From Octopus sinensis (taxonomy: Eukaryota): a DNA stretch of 51,169 bases. The stretch is from positions 1 to 51,169 of the forward strand of contig NW_021834337.1 in NCBI RefSeq assembly GCF_006345805.1, in the 5' to 3' direction. Made by a program: the position numbers and the translations under genes. The notes beneath the pieces were generated by a model. It searched no databases, was not told where the DNA came from, and saw only the letters and a list, made by a program, of their open reading frames with translations. This document shows positions 27,318 through 40,648 of the stretch, in pieces (the stretch's first letter is position 1; each line of letters opens with the position of its first letter).

Positions 27318-27359
<42 letters not shown>

Positions 27360-27388
27360 ATACACAAATACACACACACACACACATA

Positions 27389-27445
<57 letters not shown>

Positions 27446-27937
27446 ATATTTCATTTTGTTTTCGTTTCTGATTTTTTTTGTTTCTTTATTTGCCGAAAAG
27501 CTTCAGTTTACAACATGTTAAACGTGATATTTGAAAGAAAAGTAAAGGCAGACGACCAGTCTGACAAGATGGCGGTCGTTTATGGTGTGGAGGTCTTGCG
27601 AACTAGTCATGTGACTGTAGTTGTCGTTACAACAATATTATGAAGAGGAAAACAAGTCAAAAATTACCGACAATCTACATTTTGAAAGAGTGTAGGTGCA
27701 CATATAAAAGTTTGGTTACATACAGAGATACACTTAGGTACGAGGCAACGCACATGCACACATACGCCCTTACACTGGGCAACAAACACACACACATACA
27801 CACAACCATTCACACACACACAAATACATGCATACACACACACACATATATATACGCATGCATATAGGTGCACAAATACGTACGTACACATTTAACATTC
27901 ATAAGTACCCACATACGCATTCATGTATCTCTGTATG

Positions 27938-27978
<41 letters not shown>

Positions 27979-28000
27979 ATATATATATAAACACACATAC

Positions 28001-28049
<49 letters not shown>

Positions 28050-28071
28050 TATATACGTATATATATATATA

Positions 28072-28118
<47 letters not shown>

Positions 28119-29546
28119 TATATATACACAAACATATCCATCTATTTTTATAGCTATCTATATATATGTATATACATACACACACACAGGCACACACATA
28201 CACATATATCTATACATGTACATGTGTATGTACATAGATATGTATTTAAGTGTGTGTAAGTGTCAGTGATATAGGTCATACTAGTTAATTGGCAACAATC
28301 AGCTTTCCTGTGATCCATTTTAAACGGGTGTTTTTTTTTTAATCCTGTCAGAAAATTGATTTATTTCCCACATAAACATTTTTATATCTTATATTTACGT
28401 ACCTATACACCTACATCTATATCTATATGTGTGTATACATGTACATATATATATATGTTTGTGTGTGTATGTATAGACATATTTATATGTATGTGTATTA
28501 TATAATTATATACATATATATACATATATATATATATATGTAAACGTATAAATATGTATATATACATATATATGTATGTACATGTATGTATATATGTCTA
28601 TACATACATATATAAATACACACACACACACACATATAAATGTATGATCATTTTGTAAATGCGTCGCAGCAAAATGTACAGCTCGATTAACCAATAGTTA
28701 TTCACAATTGACGCATTTTAATATTGATTAGAATACTATAAAACTTAATCGTCAATATTTGGAAAATATATTCAGGCTATATATTCGCAGTTACGTTTAA
28801 ATATATGTGACTATTTTCAGACGAAAATTTTACCGAAATTATATTAAAATATAATATGAAACAATCACATCGTGTTACGACGATGTGAAAGAAATCCTTA
28901 ATACCATTTTGATAAAATTTGTTTTAAACAATGTAAGGCCTCTGGAATTAAATAATTTTCTGACCTGGTATTTTATGTATAATATGAATATAACAAGATG
29001 TTTATAACGGCAATTATGTACAGAAATTTGATTGGAACTAGAATAACATTCGGAAATATATCGTTTGATTTCTTCAATGATTTCAAATGTTTCTTTTTTT
29101 TTTCAGATTAAATATAAACAGACTTCTTCGAGCACTCTTTTTTCCTCTTAAATTGTAATAAAAATATTATTATGTATATTATATATTACAATATTATGGG
29201 AGCAAAACGTGGCTAATGTTTTCAACCTACCGGTGTATTGTATAAATGCATAAACGAAAAGGACATTGAATGAAATGATCAAGCATTGATCAAATGATTG
29301 TAAATAAGAAATTGTTACACGGATAACTGCTATTTCTCTGCATCAAACCCTATGTGTATATTTACATCTGTTGCAGCAGTAGATTGGAAATGTATATATA
29401 TATATATACACATCTATATATAGGCCTGTATGTACATATATACGCATACATATGTATATATAATATATATATATATGTATATATATTTATATCTATATTT
29501 ATATATATATATATACATACACACATACATATTTATATGTATATAC

Positions 29547-29628
<82 letters not shown>

Positions 29629-29984
29629 TATATATAAGCGGCAGCAAAGTTTCTTTTATTTTCCCCCCTTTTTTGTTGATGTCATCTATTTCAGAGAAGA
29701 AAATTGAAACAAAAAAAATCTAAATAAAATATATATACAATATGAAGTATTACTTGTTGATTTCTTTATTATTTGAATATTATTTTCATTTTACTGTTGA
29801 AGGAAAGATAAACTTGTTAAATTCAGGTGAAATTGAAGCCCAAAGCAACAAGAAGAAGGACGACAATAGTAATAAAAAGAGCAAAGCAGAGAACCAGAAA
29901 GGATGGGGAAAGGCTATTAAATCGACCCCAGTATCTGGCATTTTATGTTATCGACCTGGAGAAATGGAACGTAAAGTTGAGTTG

Positions 29985-30107
29985 GGCGAGTTTTGGTCGG
30001 CCTCGAGGCTATAGTAGATGGCACTCGTCTAAGGTGAAACGCAGTGGGACGAACCCGGAACCATGTTGTTGGGAAGCCAACGTCTTGCCACATAGTTACA
30101 CCTGCAA
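29985..30107 (-). mobile_element. 5' head of a family-C SINE
   Basis: Reverse complement GCTTCCCAACAACATGGTTCCGGGTTCGTCCCACTGCG...CTATAGCCTCGAGGCCGACCAA matches 11800-11885. Confidence 0.8.
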
Positions 30108-30256
30108 CTACGAATAGTGACAACGGCATATCATCAGCATCACCACCACCATCACCCCCCATCATCATCATTATCATCATCATCATCATCATCATCCTCA
30201 TCATCATCATCAACAACAACAACAACAACAACAGTAACAGCAGCAACAACAGCAGT

Positions 30257-30622
30257 GGAGGCGCAATGGCCCAGTGGTTTGGGCAGCGGACTCGCGGTCA
30301 GAGGATCGCGGTTTCGATTCCCAGACCGGGCGTTGTGTGTGTTTATTGAGCGAAAACACCTAAAGCTCCACGATGTTCCGGCAGGGGGTGGTGGCGACCC
30401 CTGTTGTACTCTTTTGCTCCAACTTTCTCTCACCCTTTCTTCCTGTTTATTGTCTCCGACTTCCTACGCAACCGCTGAGCCTGGATGCGCATTCATCCAT
30501 CCGTCGATGCTCTCAGTGTGGAGGATTGATCTGCTTTCTCTTCTGCGGGTCTTACGAATAGCAAAGGACCACGTTTCGGACTTATTCCATCTTGCGAGCT
30601 CTGGGATTAAGACCGTTCGCTC
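30257..30622 (+). mobile_element. Full-length tRNA-derived SINE, family A, with probable TSD
   Basis: GGAGGCGCAATGGCCCAGTGG...GGTTTCGATTCC; AACAGCAGCAACAACAGCA at 30236-30254 and 30623-30641 (low complexity). Confidence 0.92.
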
Positions 30623-30702
30623 AACAGCAGCAACAACAGCAACAACAACAACCATAGTATAATCCAGTTCAACTGCAATTTCCAGAAAAATATAGTTTCT
30701 TG

Positions 30703-30970
30703 TGAAGCCACGTGACTTAGTGGTTAAAGCATTCGGTTCACGATCACAAGAACGTGATTTCGAGGTCAAGACATTTTATTTCACGATGTTCCACTCCACT
30801 CAGTTAACAGAAAATGTGTTGTTTCTGTAATTCAAAAAGACAGACTACGTTAAGAGGTGCGCATGTCTGTGGAGTACTCACCCACTTGCACCCACTCGGT
30901 AGTTTCACGAGCAAGTTGTTCGGTTGATCAGATCAACAGGAACACTCATCGTGGTCACAGGCGGAGTACC
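30703..30970 (+). mobile_element. Degenerate tRNA-headed SINE family D
   Basis: Head GTGACTTAGTGGTTAAAGCATTCGGTTCACGATC; 3' part related to 20235-20410. Confidence 0.65.
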
Positions 30971-31173
30971 ATTTGTTTATAGATTCACTACATTGAACAT
31001 TAAGCGCTGGGTGTTATTGTGTGTTGTATGCGCATGCGTTCATGCGTGAGTGTGTGTGTTTATGTGTGTGCATGTATGTGTGTGTGTTTGTGTCTGTGTG
31101 TCTGTGTGTCTGTGTATCTGTGCGCGCGTATGTAGTCCCATGCGTACAAAGGTGTAGAAACATTTCTTTGTAA

Positions 31174-31767
31174 GGCGGTGAGCTGGCAGAAATGTTAGCA
31201 CGCCGGGCGAAATGCTTAGCTGTATTTCGTCTGCCGTTACGTTCTGAGTTCAAATTCTGCCGTGGTCGACTTTGCCTTTCATCTTTTCGGAGTCGATAAA
31301 TTAAGTACCAGTTACGCACTGGGGTAGATGTAATCGACTTAATCCGTTAGTCTGTCCTTGTTTGTCCCCTCTGTGTTTAGCCCCTTGTGAGTAGTAAAGA
31401 AATAGGTATTTCGTCTGCCGCTACGTTCTGAGTTCAAATTCCACCGAGGTCGACTTTGCCTTTCATCTTTTCGGAGTCGATAAATTAAGTACCAGTTACG
31501 CACTGGGGTCGATGTAATCGACTTAATTTGTTAGTCTGTCCTTGTTTGTCCCCTCTGTGTTTAGCCCCTTGTGAGTAGTAAAGAAATAGGTATTTCGTCT
31601 GCCGCTACGTTCTGAGTTCAAATTCCACCGAGGTCGACTTTGCCTTTCATCTTTTCGGAGTCGATAAATTAAGTACCAGTTACGCACTGGGGTCGATATA
31701 ATCGACTTAATCCGTTCGTCTGTCCTTGTTTGTCCCCTCTGTGTGTCTTGTGGGCAGTGAAGAAACA
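31174..31767 (+). mobile_element. Family-B SINE trimer: one head plus three 184-bp body/tail units, 18-bp TSD
   Basis: Units start GTATTTCGTCTGCCG at 31222, 31406 and 31590. TSD AGAAACATTTCTTTGTAA at 31156-31173 and 31768-31785. Core GTCGACTTTGCCTTTCATC..TCGG.GTCGATAAATTAAGTACCAG resembles the Meta-SINE domain (from memory). Confidence 0.95.
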
Positions 31768-32481
31768 AGAAACATTTCTTTGTAATCACGGATAAAGTTA
31801 CATAAAAGATATACGAAGCTATTCTTTCTTTTCTCTCATTGTTGTTTAGCCCCAGGTCAACTTTGATCTAACGGACCAAAGTTATTCCGTCCGTAACAAT
31901 CATTTCAAAGATATCCAGGACTACATTATAGAATACTCCCTCCCCCCCCCGTCTTTAAAGACAGTTGCCGCAAATCACGGGCAATGTTGCAGCTATTTCT
32001 AGCAAGTCAAACAACCACATACAATTTTCCCCTATTGGCTCGTCTTCGATGTTTTTGTTTTTGATCTCGTTCTTCTTGCTCTTGTTGTACTCGTTTCGTT
32101 TCAATTCTCTCTATTTCCCTCACCCACCTTTTTCTTCCTTTCATTGATTTTCTTCTTTTGTTAGAAGCAATAAGGCGCAGCATTCCAAGGATCCTTCTCA
32201 CCATTGTCGTCCTGTTTGTTTATTCATTTTTTGAGGTGAGGTAAACAAATATACAACCAAATCTGTCAGTTCAAACAAAATAAATGTGGGAAAGAAGAAT
32301 CTATAAATATGAAGAGAAAAAAAGAAAGAAACCGAAAAAGCAAACTCAAATTTCTTTTACCTAACCTGAGGTGATCTCTGTTTAAAGTGCGTGGAGGCCA
32401 GCGGAGTATATTGTGAAAGTGCTGGCCGAGCATTTTACACTCGGAACAGATAGGGAATTTTCTTTATAATAACAGTTATAA

Positions 32482-32877
32482 TACTCTCTACTAAAGGCCT
32501 AAAGACCGCAATTTTGGTTGAGGGGACTGGTAAATTACATCCACCCCAGTATTTCACTGGTACTTATTTTATCGATCCCGAAAGGATGAAAGGGAAAATC
32601 GACCTCGGTGGACTTTAAACTCAGAACGTAAAAACGGACGAAATACCTATTTCTTTACTACCCACAAGGGGCTAAACACAGAGTGGACAAACAAGGACAG
32701 ACAAACGGATTAAGTCGATTACATCGATCCCAGTATTCATCTGGTACTTAATTTATCGATCCCGAAAGGATGAAAGGTAAAGTCGACCTCGGCGGACTTT
32801 AAACTCAGAACGTAAAAACGGACGAAATACCCTTAAACATTTCGTCCGCGTACTAAACATTCTGCCAGCTCACCGCC
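32482..32877 (-). mobile_element. Family-B SINE dimer (head, body, young tail, body, old tail)
   Basis: Two core copies joined by GACGAAATACC|TATTTCTTTACTACCCACAAG (plus strand, ~32637-32670). Confidence 0.9.
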
Positions 32878-32904
32878 TTTATGATGATGATGATGATAAC
32901 AATA

Positions 32905-33478
32905 ATACTTGTCCTGATGCAGTACCAGACAGTGGCTCTCATGGCTTCTGATCTTAACTGATTGGAAGTGTTATCATGTACATTGTTTTGGTATAAAAGA
33001 TGGGCTACAGCAAATATTCTGCTCAATACCACATATTTGCTTGTCAGTTGTCCGACCATAACCAGTTGAGTATGTCCCTTAGTGGGTGATGATATGTGCA
33101 CCTCTGATCACCTCTAAACAGAAGTAGTGGAGGGAGGAGCATCATAGCCATATGTTGAGAGGAAATCTTTTGGGTTTGAATAATTCACCTCTGGAAACAT
33201 CGATGTTTTGTTCATCATCATTAAACAAACCTTATTCAGGGACCTTTTGAGTGGGATGGGCTCCTCGTCTTGAAGAAAATTCTAACTGGGCTCCACCTGC
33301 AAGGTCATGCGCTGTTTATCTTGATATGAGATCACAATGTCTCGCACATACGGTTGCGATGCATGTGCCTGGTGTACCTTTATCAGACAGGTAGTCATGA
33401 TGGGTATATTGGGCTTCATATATTTTATCCCAGTGTCACTTTGGTGACATGCACTGTTCACTCGATAATAATAATAAT
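32905..33478 (+). mobile_element. Probable retroposon 3' fragment ending in (ATA)n
   Basis: Complex, GC-richer 560-bp block between ATA repeats with an (ATA)n tail; no ORF and no second copy in the window. Confidence 0.4.
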
Positions 33479-34289
33479 TATGTTCCTGCTTTATCATTAT
33501 ATAACCTCGTATAATTTATTTTTAATTCTAATAATGCACGCCTAGAACCATAATTACGTCGTAATCAGAGACTGCCGGACAAAAGTCAATTTGTGTTTTA
33601 AGTTATATTCTATAATGTGCAAGTTTTGTCGAAATCGATGGAAAATATATGTAACAACATAACGACCTCACATTTCGGCAAATTAATCGTTTATATATGT
33701 ATATGCGAGCAAAACACCACCGTTCAATGGACGGTGCTGAGTTGTCAAACATTTAAACCAAATTTTCTCAAAACAACTTATCCGACCGTCTCATAGATCT
33801 CCCCTTTGAGAAACACTGATTTAACCTAAATTTGAGGAACCAGCAAAATAAGAAATAAAGATAGACTTTTTTCTATTCAAAAAAAAAAAACGAGTTTATT
33901 CACACAAATATGCAACCGAAGAGTTTAAAGTACCAGTAATGATAAGGCTGTTGACTGGGAGAACACGAACATGGTTTAAACAGTAAGCTTGGCAGGAAAG
34001 AAACGTGCCTTTAAACAGTACAAAAACAACAAAAAAGGTGCAGTTATGTACTGGGTGACGGAAGAAAAGCAAGACAAAAACGGCTTTATCGATCGCATTC
34101 TCACCTGGAATCGATTTTTGTAATTTTTTCAAGAGTTATACACGCCCTGATACCGTCGGTATCTACATAAAAAAATTGAGCATAATCGTTAAATTCATCA
34201 CCAGACGAAATATTTCTATACGTAATTCTCCGCCTTCTCTTTTTCCCCATAGCGTATGTACATCGCTAAACATTATTTAAGATAAAATA

Positions 34290-34790
34290 ATGGCACCTTG
34301 GACAAGTGTATTCTACTATAGCTTTGGGCCGAACAAAGCTTTGTGAGTGAATATGGTTGATGGTATCTGAAAGAAGCCCGTCCTAGATATATACATATAT
34401 ATGGTTGTGTGTCTGTGTTTGTTTCCCCACCATCGCTTGACAACGGATATCGGTGTGGTTACGTCACCGTAACTTAGCGGTAAGAAAAAGAAACCTATAG
34501 AATAAGATAGTATAAGGCGGCGAGCTGGCAGGAACGTTAGCACGTCGGGCGAAATGCTTAGCGGTATTTTGTCTGCCGTTACGTTCTGAGTTCAAATTCC
34601 GCGCAGGTCGACTTTGCCTTTCATCCTTTTGGGGTCGATTAAATAATTACCAGTTACTCACTGGGGCTGATGTAATCGACTTAGTCCGTTTTTCTGTTCT
34701 TGTTTGTCCCCTCTATGTTTAGCCCCTTATGAGCAATAAAGAAATAAGAATAAGTATTAGACTTACAAAGAATAAATAATCGGGTTGATT
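34290..34790 (+). mobile_element. Family-C SINE interrupted by a family-B SINE
   Basis: GGCACCTTGGACAAGTG...GAAAGAAGCCCGTC...CGTAACTTAGCGG; resumes AGAATAAGTATTAGACTTACAAAGA after the insert. Confidence 0.8.
34516..34747 (+). mobile_element. Full-length young family-B SINE monomer, nested in family C
   Basis: GGCGGCGAGCTGGCAG...GTTCAAATTCC...TTAGCCCCTTATGAGCAATAAAGAAATA. Confidence 0.93.
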
Positions 34791-35566
34791 TGTTCGTTAT
34801 GGCCGAATAAAAGAGAATAAAAGAAAAAAAAATCAGAAGCAAAATCATTCCATCATGTGATCTGTAACATTTTAGAAATTTTAGAAAATGGAACAATATA
34901 GAAAGGAAGTCGTAAAAAGCCACTGTAGAAATTTCTGATCGCCAAAAAAGAAATATAGAATTAACGCAGAAAGAATTCACTGCATCGTGAACATGAAAAG
35001 AGTAGAGAAACGAATTATTTTCGAGAGATTACATGTAATTTGCCTTTTAAGAATACGTCTTCAGTCTTTCAATGTAAAATAGGGTAATATAAATATATAC
35101 ACATACATACATACATACATACATACATACATACATACATACATACATACATACATACATACATACATACAAAAATAAATACACTGCCTAATTAAGCTTC
35201 TCAAAATCAAAAAGAAAGCTAATACAAAGACTACAGATCCAATCCGTCACTGGAACTGTAAAAATCTGTAAAACTTTCCAGAAGTTTATTATTTAAATAT
35301 ACATGAACATATCTAGATATGCAACTATATACATGAGAATACATACATAAAGCATACAAATCTGCATATACATACATGCATGCATACATACATACATCCA
35401 TACATAATATATACATACATGCATATATCTACATACCACGTTCTTCTTTCAGTTTCCTTCTAGAAAATGATCTCACAAGGTTTTTAAGACAGCTTGAGAC
35501 TAGTAGTAGACAATTGGCCACACGCTGGAGAATGAAGTGGAAAACATATGGTCGAAAAATAAACAC

Positions 35567-35625
<59 letters not shown>

Positions 35626-36239
35626 TTGGACATGGGCGATCGTTGTAGTCTTTCTTGTCTTGAGGTTCACAGCCAAATGGCTGGATGGATTCCCGTGAAA
35701 AATGGCACACATGTGGAGATGAATGCATATATTGGAATGCGGTTTATATGTTTTCCTAGCACCCATAGTTACCGAGAAAATCGATTAAAACTCTTCTAAT
35801 GGAATTCCCCTCTTTGTTCCGCCATTAAGGCAACCAGTTACTCACACAGCTGGCATATAGCGTTTCGCTAGCAACAAGAGGAGTACAGGATGTCAGTCAG
35901 CAAAAACTTCCACTATGCTGTCTCTCTTCTTTCACCTCTTTGTGGGGTTAATAATCTTAATGTTTAGTTACAGTTTCTCATTCAAACTACATAATAGGCA
36001 GAATTGTGGGATTAAGACAGTAGGGTGTTTGAGGGAGATTCGGCTGCTATTTCTACCAGGTCTAGCTACTATGTAGAGGTCTGAACTTAATTTTCCTTCA
36101 CATACATGCATTTCAAAAATTTAATATAATCTTTTTCATAAATCAACTATCGTAAATATTTTACACGATGACCTCACATTTTCTAAGCTGCTAGTATATA
36201 TATATGTGTGTATGTGTATGTGTGTGCGTGTGTGCGCGT

Positions 36240-36275
<36 letters not shown>

Positions 36276-36794
36276 ATAGGTATATACACGCACGGGACGC
36301 ATGTATTCGGATAGATATACAGATATATTTGGAACTTAGCTAGCGGAGACCGCTAGATAGACGATAGATCGAAAGATCGATCGGTAGAGAGATAGATTAA
36401 TTGATAGATAGAGATTTTGTTATCTAGCAGACTAGGTAAATAGGAAGATTATTAATATCTAGCGCGCGATGGCTCCTAACACACACACACAGGCGCCTGT
36501 TTCTCTGCTTTTTTGCTCTGAAGCGACATCAGTTTCTAAGGCCTTTATACATTATTTAAATCCGCCTAACATGCATATGCGGTCGTTTTGATTATATTTG
36601 ATTATATATTCTCTCTGAATTCTTTGTTTTTCAATAAAGGAGGAAAATTACAAAATCCTTATTTCGGAGTGTGGGTGGGGTGGGGGTGGAAGCGTAAGTT
36701 TATTATTTTTTGCCCCTTTCTATCGTGTCTTGACATACAAAATAGGGGGTATGTAAAAATTTCCTTGTGTTAATAAATAAAATAATCCTCACAA

Positions 36795-37497
36795 GGCTTG
36801 AAATTATAACGACCCTGGTACTTAATTTATTGAACCCCGAATGATGAAAGGCAAAGTCGATCTCAGCGGAATTTGAACTCGGATCGTAAAGACATGAAAT
36901 ATTTAAGCCTTTTTGTCCGGCGTTCTAACGTTTCTGCCAATTCACCCGCCTTGATATTTGGTTTCAAATTTTGGCACAAGGCCAGCAATTTCGGGGAAGG
37001 AGCTAAGTCTATAAACTCATTGGTACATATTTTATCGACCCTAAAAGAATGAAAGGCAAGATCAACTTCGGGAAATTTGAACCCAGAACTTAATGACGGA
37101 CGAAATGTCGTTAAGCATTTCCTATTGTATGCACAAGGCCTGAAATTTTGGGGATGGGGGATAGTCGATTACATCGGCCCCAGTACCCAACTTATGTTAT
37201 CGACCCCGAAAGGATCGAAGAGGTAAAATCGACCTCGGTGTAATTTGAGATCAGAACGTAATGACAGATGAAATACCTATTTCTTTACTACCCACAGAGA
37301 GGACAAACACGGACAGACAAACGGATTCAGTCGATTACATCGACCCCAGTGCGTAACTGGTACTTAATTTATCGACCCCGGAAGGATGAAAGGCAAAGTC
37401 GACCTCGGCGGAATTTGAACTCAGAACGTAGCGGCAGACGAAATGCCACTAAGCATTTTGACCGGCATGTTATAACAATCCTGTCAGCTTGCCGCCT
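36795..37497 (-). mobile_element. Array of family-B SINE units, including a young head-less unit inside an old copy
   Basis: Four core copies; junction GAAATACC|TATTTCTTTACTACCCACA at ~37270-37296. Confidence 0.88.
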
Positions 37498-37504
37498 TAA
37501 TAAT

Positions 37505-39290
37505 GATAGTAAGAATGATGTCTTTTTGGGAGGCACAAGTGACAGAAGAGGTGGACAACAGAAAAAAAACAAGAAAGACAAAATGTCGGTAGTTACATAG
37601 AACGAAATGATAAAAAATAATGCAAAAGGAAATTACATTTATACAGTAAAAATTAAACTAAAAGATAGTGTTAATAATGTGAGCTTCCTAATTACAAGAG
37701 GATATCTAGGGTCAATCAAGGGTTCCTACTAAACCAGATTTCTCCGAATGTCAAAAGCAAGTGCTTTCTTCGATTCCTGTTCTCCGACTCTCTGGTCTGT
37801 GCTTGCATCGATGCATTCTCCACTCTTGCTATTTTTGCCACTTTTACCCGCCTTTCAATAAATTCGCATAGAACAGCATTTTCTTCCATATATTCACTTT
37901 CTTCTTCAAGTGAAACTTGAAAACAATCGATGTGGGTGCCACCAACAAGATCTTTCAACCTCGTTCATCAGACAATATCTTCGCAGTAGCTACCATATAA
38001 AAGATCGCCTTGCCTGCCTAGTTAATGGAAGGCGGCAAGGCATGAGGGTTGACCATATCGAACACTTTAGACTGATCCAAATTTATCAGAGATCCACAAA
38101 AGCACGATTACTTCCCAGTCTCCTTCATTCTGTTCCCCATAAATTAGGGGTCGTCGAAGATAGACCTGTTCGGGATCCCACATGTTTGCATTTCGCCAAC
38201 TAGACTACCGCTGACAAGCGCCAACCTTTTCACTGACGCCTTAACCAAAATCTTAAAAGCTCTATTTGGAAATGTTATGGGCCGAAAATTACCTAGCACG
38301 TCTCCTTTCTTAGCCAGTTAAGGTATGCATCTGCCGAGAGGCCAGGATACAAACCTAGCATGAAATCATAAAATTCATGGTGCAGACCGTCCAAAAAGAG
38401 AGTTTTGTTACTGGTGCAACCGCTCATCGCCTCCCGCATTTCGGTGGCCATTATCGACTTTCGCAGACCTCTCCGTTCACGGCCAAGAGCTGTGACAGGC
38501 CATCCAGGTACAGATTAAAGTCTACTACCGTCGCCAACCCATCACCCTTCCCAAACTGTCGTGCGAAGTGCTGTGGGAAAGCCGCAGATAACTGCTTGGA
38601 ACCGAGTAAAATGCACCCGTCCCAGTCCGTCAGACTCCATCGTGTTTTTGTGGCCACGCTGTGTTTCCACCGTTCTGGCCCATCGGACGGCTTTAATTCC
38701 TTCGTGTTTGAGCGCACAAGCCTTAGTTCAGACAAAACGGTCTACCTGTTTCGTCTCGAAGAAATGGTCAAGGCTCATTCTCGTCGCGACCACGTTGGTC
38801 GTGATGCCTTTACTAATTGCCTCTTCTAAGTTACTAACTAGTTCTCCCTCTCATCTATTTCTTTCTATCGCTTGCTCTTAATTAAATACTATCCTGCTCT
38901 AATCGTCCACTTCAAGGCAACACACACTGGCTGTTGACTATTTCCCCCATACACCTACCACTTAACTAGTTCAGTAATCCTATCTCTGTCGCTTTTACAT
39001 GCTAGCAAAGATGCATTATTCTTCCGGTAACGGGGTGCCTGTCAAGGGAACCTATTTAAATTGACTGAGCAGATCTCAAAGTTATGGTCTATATAGCCAA
39101 CTATTTAGAACTGTGGACATCTTATGCTATCCCTATCCACTAACAACAAATACCCTACAATCTGGACGACCCGCGCTGAGCTTGCTCCATGTTCAATCTG
39201 ATTCATCAAGGAAATCTAGTCGGTACCTGTCAGACAATTCCGAAAACTCAGTGCACTATGGTTTCATACAACTTTTCTTCTATCACCTGG
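37505..39290 (-). pseudogene. Decayed, internally deleted Tx1/L1-clade LINE ORF2 (endonuclease end, RT start, C-terminus and 3'UTR)
   Basis: Minus-strand peptides LSDRYRLD, CPQF*IVGYIDH, PRYRKNNASLL (GYWKLNxSLL-like), LDGLHHEFY, KGDVLGNFRPITFPN..KIL, QTCGIPNRSIFDD and LINLDQSKVFDMV, then a jump to FKFHLKKKV. Confidence 0.9.
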
Positions 39291-40616
39291 TAAAAATGTT
39301 TTGATTTACAGATCTTAAATTAATTCCGGTGAACCTCTGAGTTTTAAACGATACACATACGTTAAATATGATATACAGATGAAGGTTTTAATCTAGCACT
39401 TAATTCAAATTCTATTCTTCTTCGCAGCCCCTTTTCGTGGTCAGTGAATTATTTACTGATACTCTATACTTCAGACTGGCCGATGATTCGACTATGGGGC
39501 ATTGAAGAGCAGCAAAGACAGCGAAATGCACATCTGTCACTCTCACAACGACTCCCTGGCGATTTTGTTTTATGTAGTTCTGAAACATATTGTATTTTTT
39601 TCAAAATGCTTTGTCTGGGAAAGGATATTTCTTGAGAGAACCACTGCAGTCTCTGACTTATTCGACGATATATCAACGTAAAATATGTCGTATAGATAAA
39701 GACACAACATATAATTCGATACATTCGAACATAACATTACAGCACACCCTATTTAAACTGAATGATAAATAATATGTATGTAATATGTACAAAGTGATGG
39801 CACTGAAATGGAATTCAAAGATGTTTTGATAAAATTTATCTTGAGTATGCATATTTAATCTTGCTCTAAAAGTTTCTCTTTTTTTTACATGTGAACGGAA
39901 ACAAATGTCATTGCATTCTGGTGTAACTCATTACGCCATAAAAACGTATTGAATTAACTCACGGAATGCAATACACGAAATAAATGCATCGTGATTATAG
40001 AACACATAAACATGTGATCACAAGCCTCATCAAACAAAATTCAGACTGTTAAATACACAACTTTTCAGGAATTACCATTCACAATATATTACAAAAACAC
40101 AAATATAAATTCATCGTCGCCTTGAACAAATGGCAAGCATGCGACTGACTAAATGAAATTTGGATGACCTCTGTTATTTACCAATCCATTCTGGAATAGG
40201 AAAGTTGTAAATTTCATGACTCAAATTCTTCTGTTGGATTAAAGTTGTTTCCTAAATTCTTCCAGGCGAACAATTTCTTTAGAGGAAATCGGCATTAATA
40301 TTCATAGCATTATATAACACGAAAGAAAACTAGATAGAGAGCCTTTGATAAGACACACACACACACACATACTCACTCACTCAACTGTATCTGTTATCTG
40401 AGTGCTTGACACACACACACATATACGTATACACACACGTACACACATGTGTGGCTACGCTGTAAATATTCATACACATTTACATATAATTTACATTTAT
40501 ATGAACATATATGTACATATATAAATATATATATATATATAATACATACATACATACATATATATATATACATACATGTATACATATAGATATATACATG
40601 TATATATATGTGTGTG

Positions 40617-40648
<32 letters not shown>

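Noticed and set aside
27566-27577. CAAGATGGCGG YY1-like motif as a promoter
   Set aside because: Single motif with no CpG-rich context or downstream exon.
31222-31767. Regular repeats as a CRISPR-like array
   Set aside because: Units are whole 184-bp SINE bodies with no unique spacers; eukaryotic context and no cas genes.
33805-33818. TTTGAGAAACACTG, hAT/Charlie-like terminal repeat
   Set aside because: No partner TIR or 8-bp TSD found nearby.
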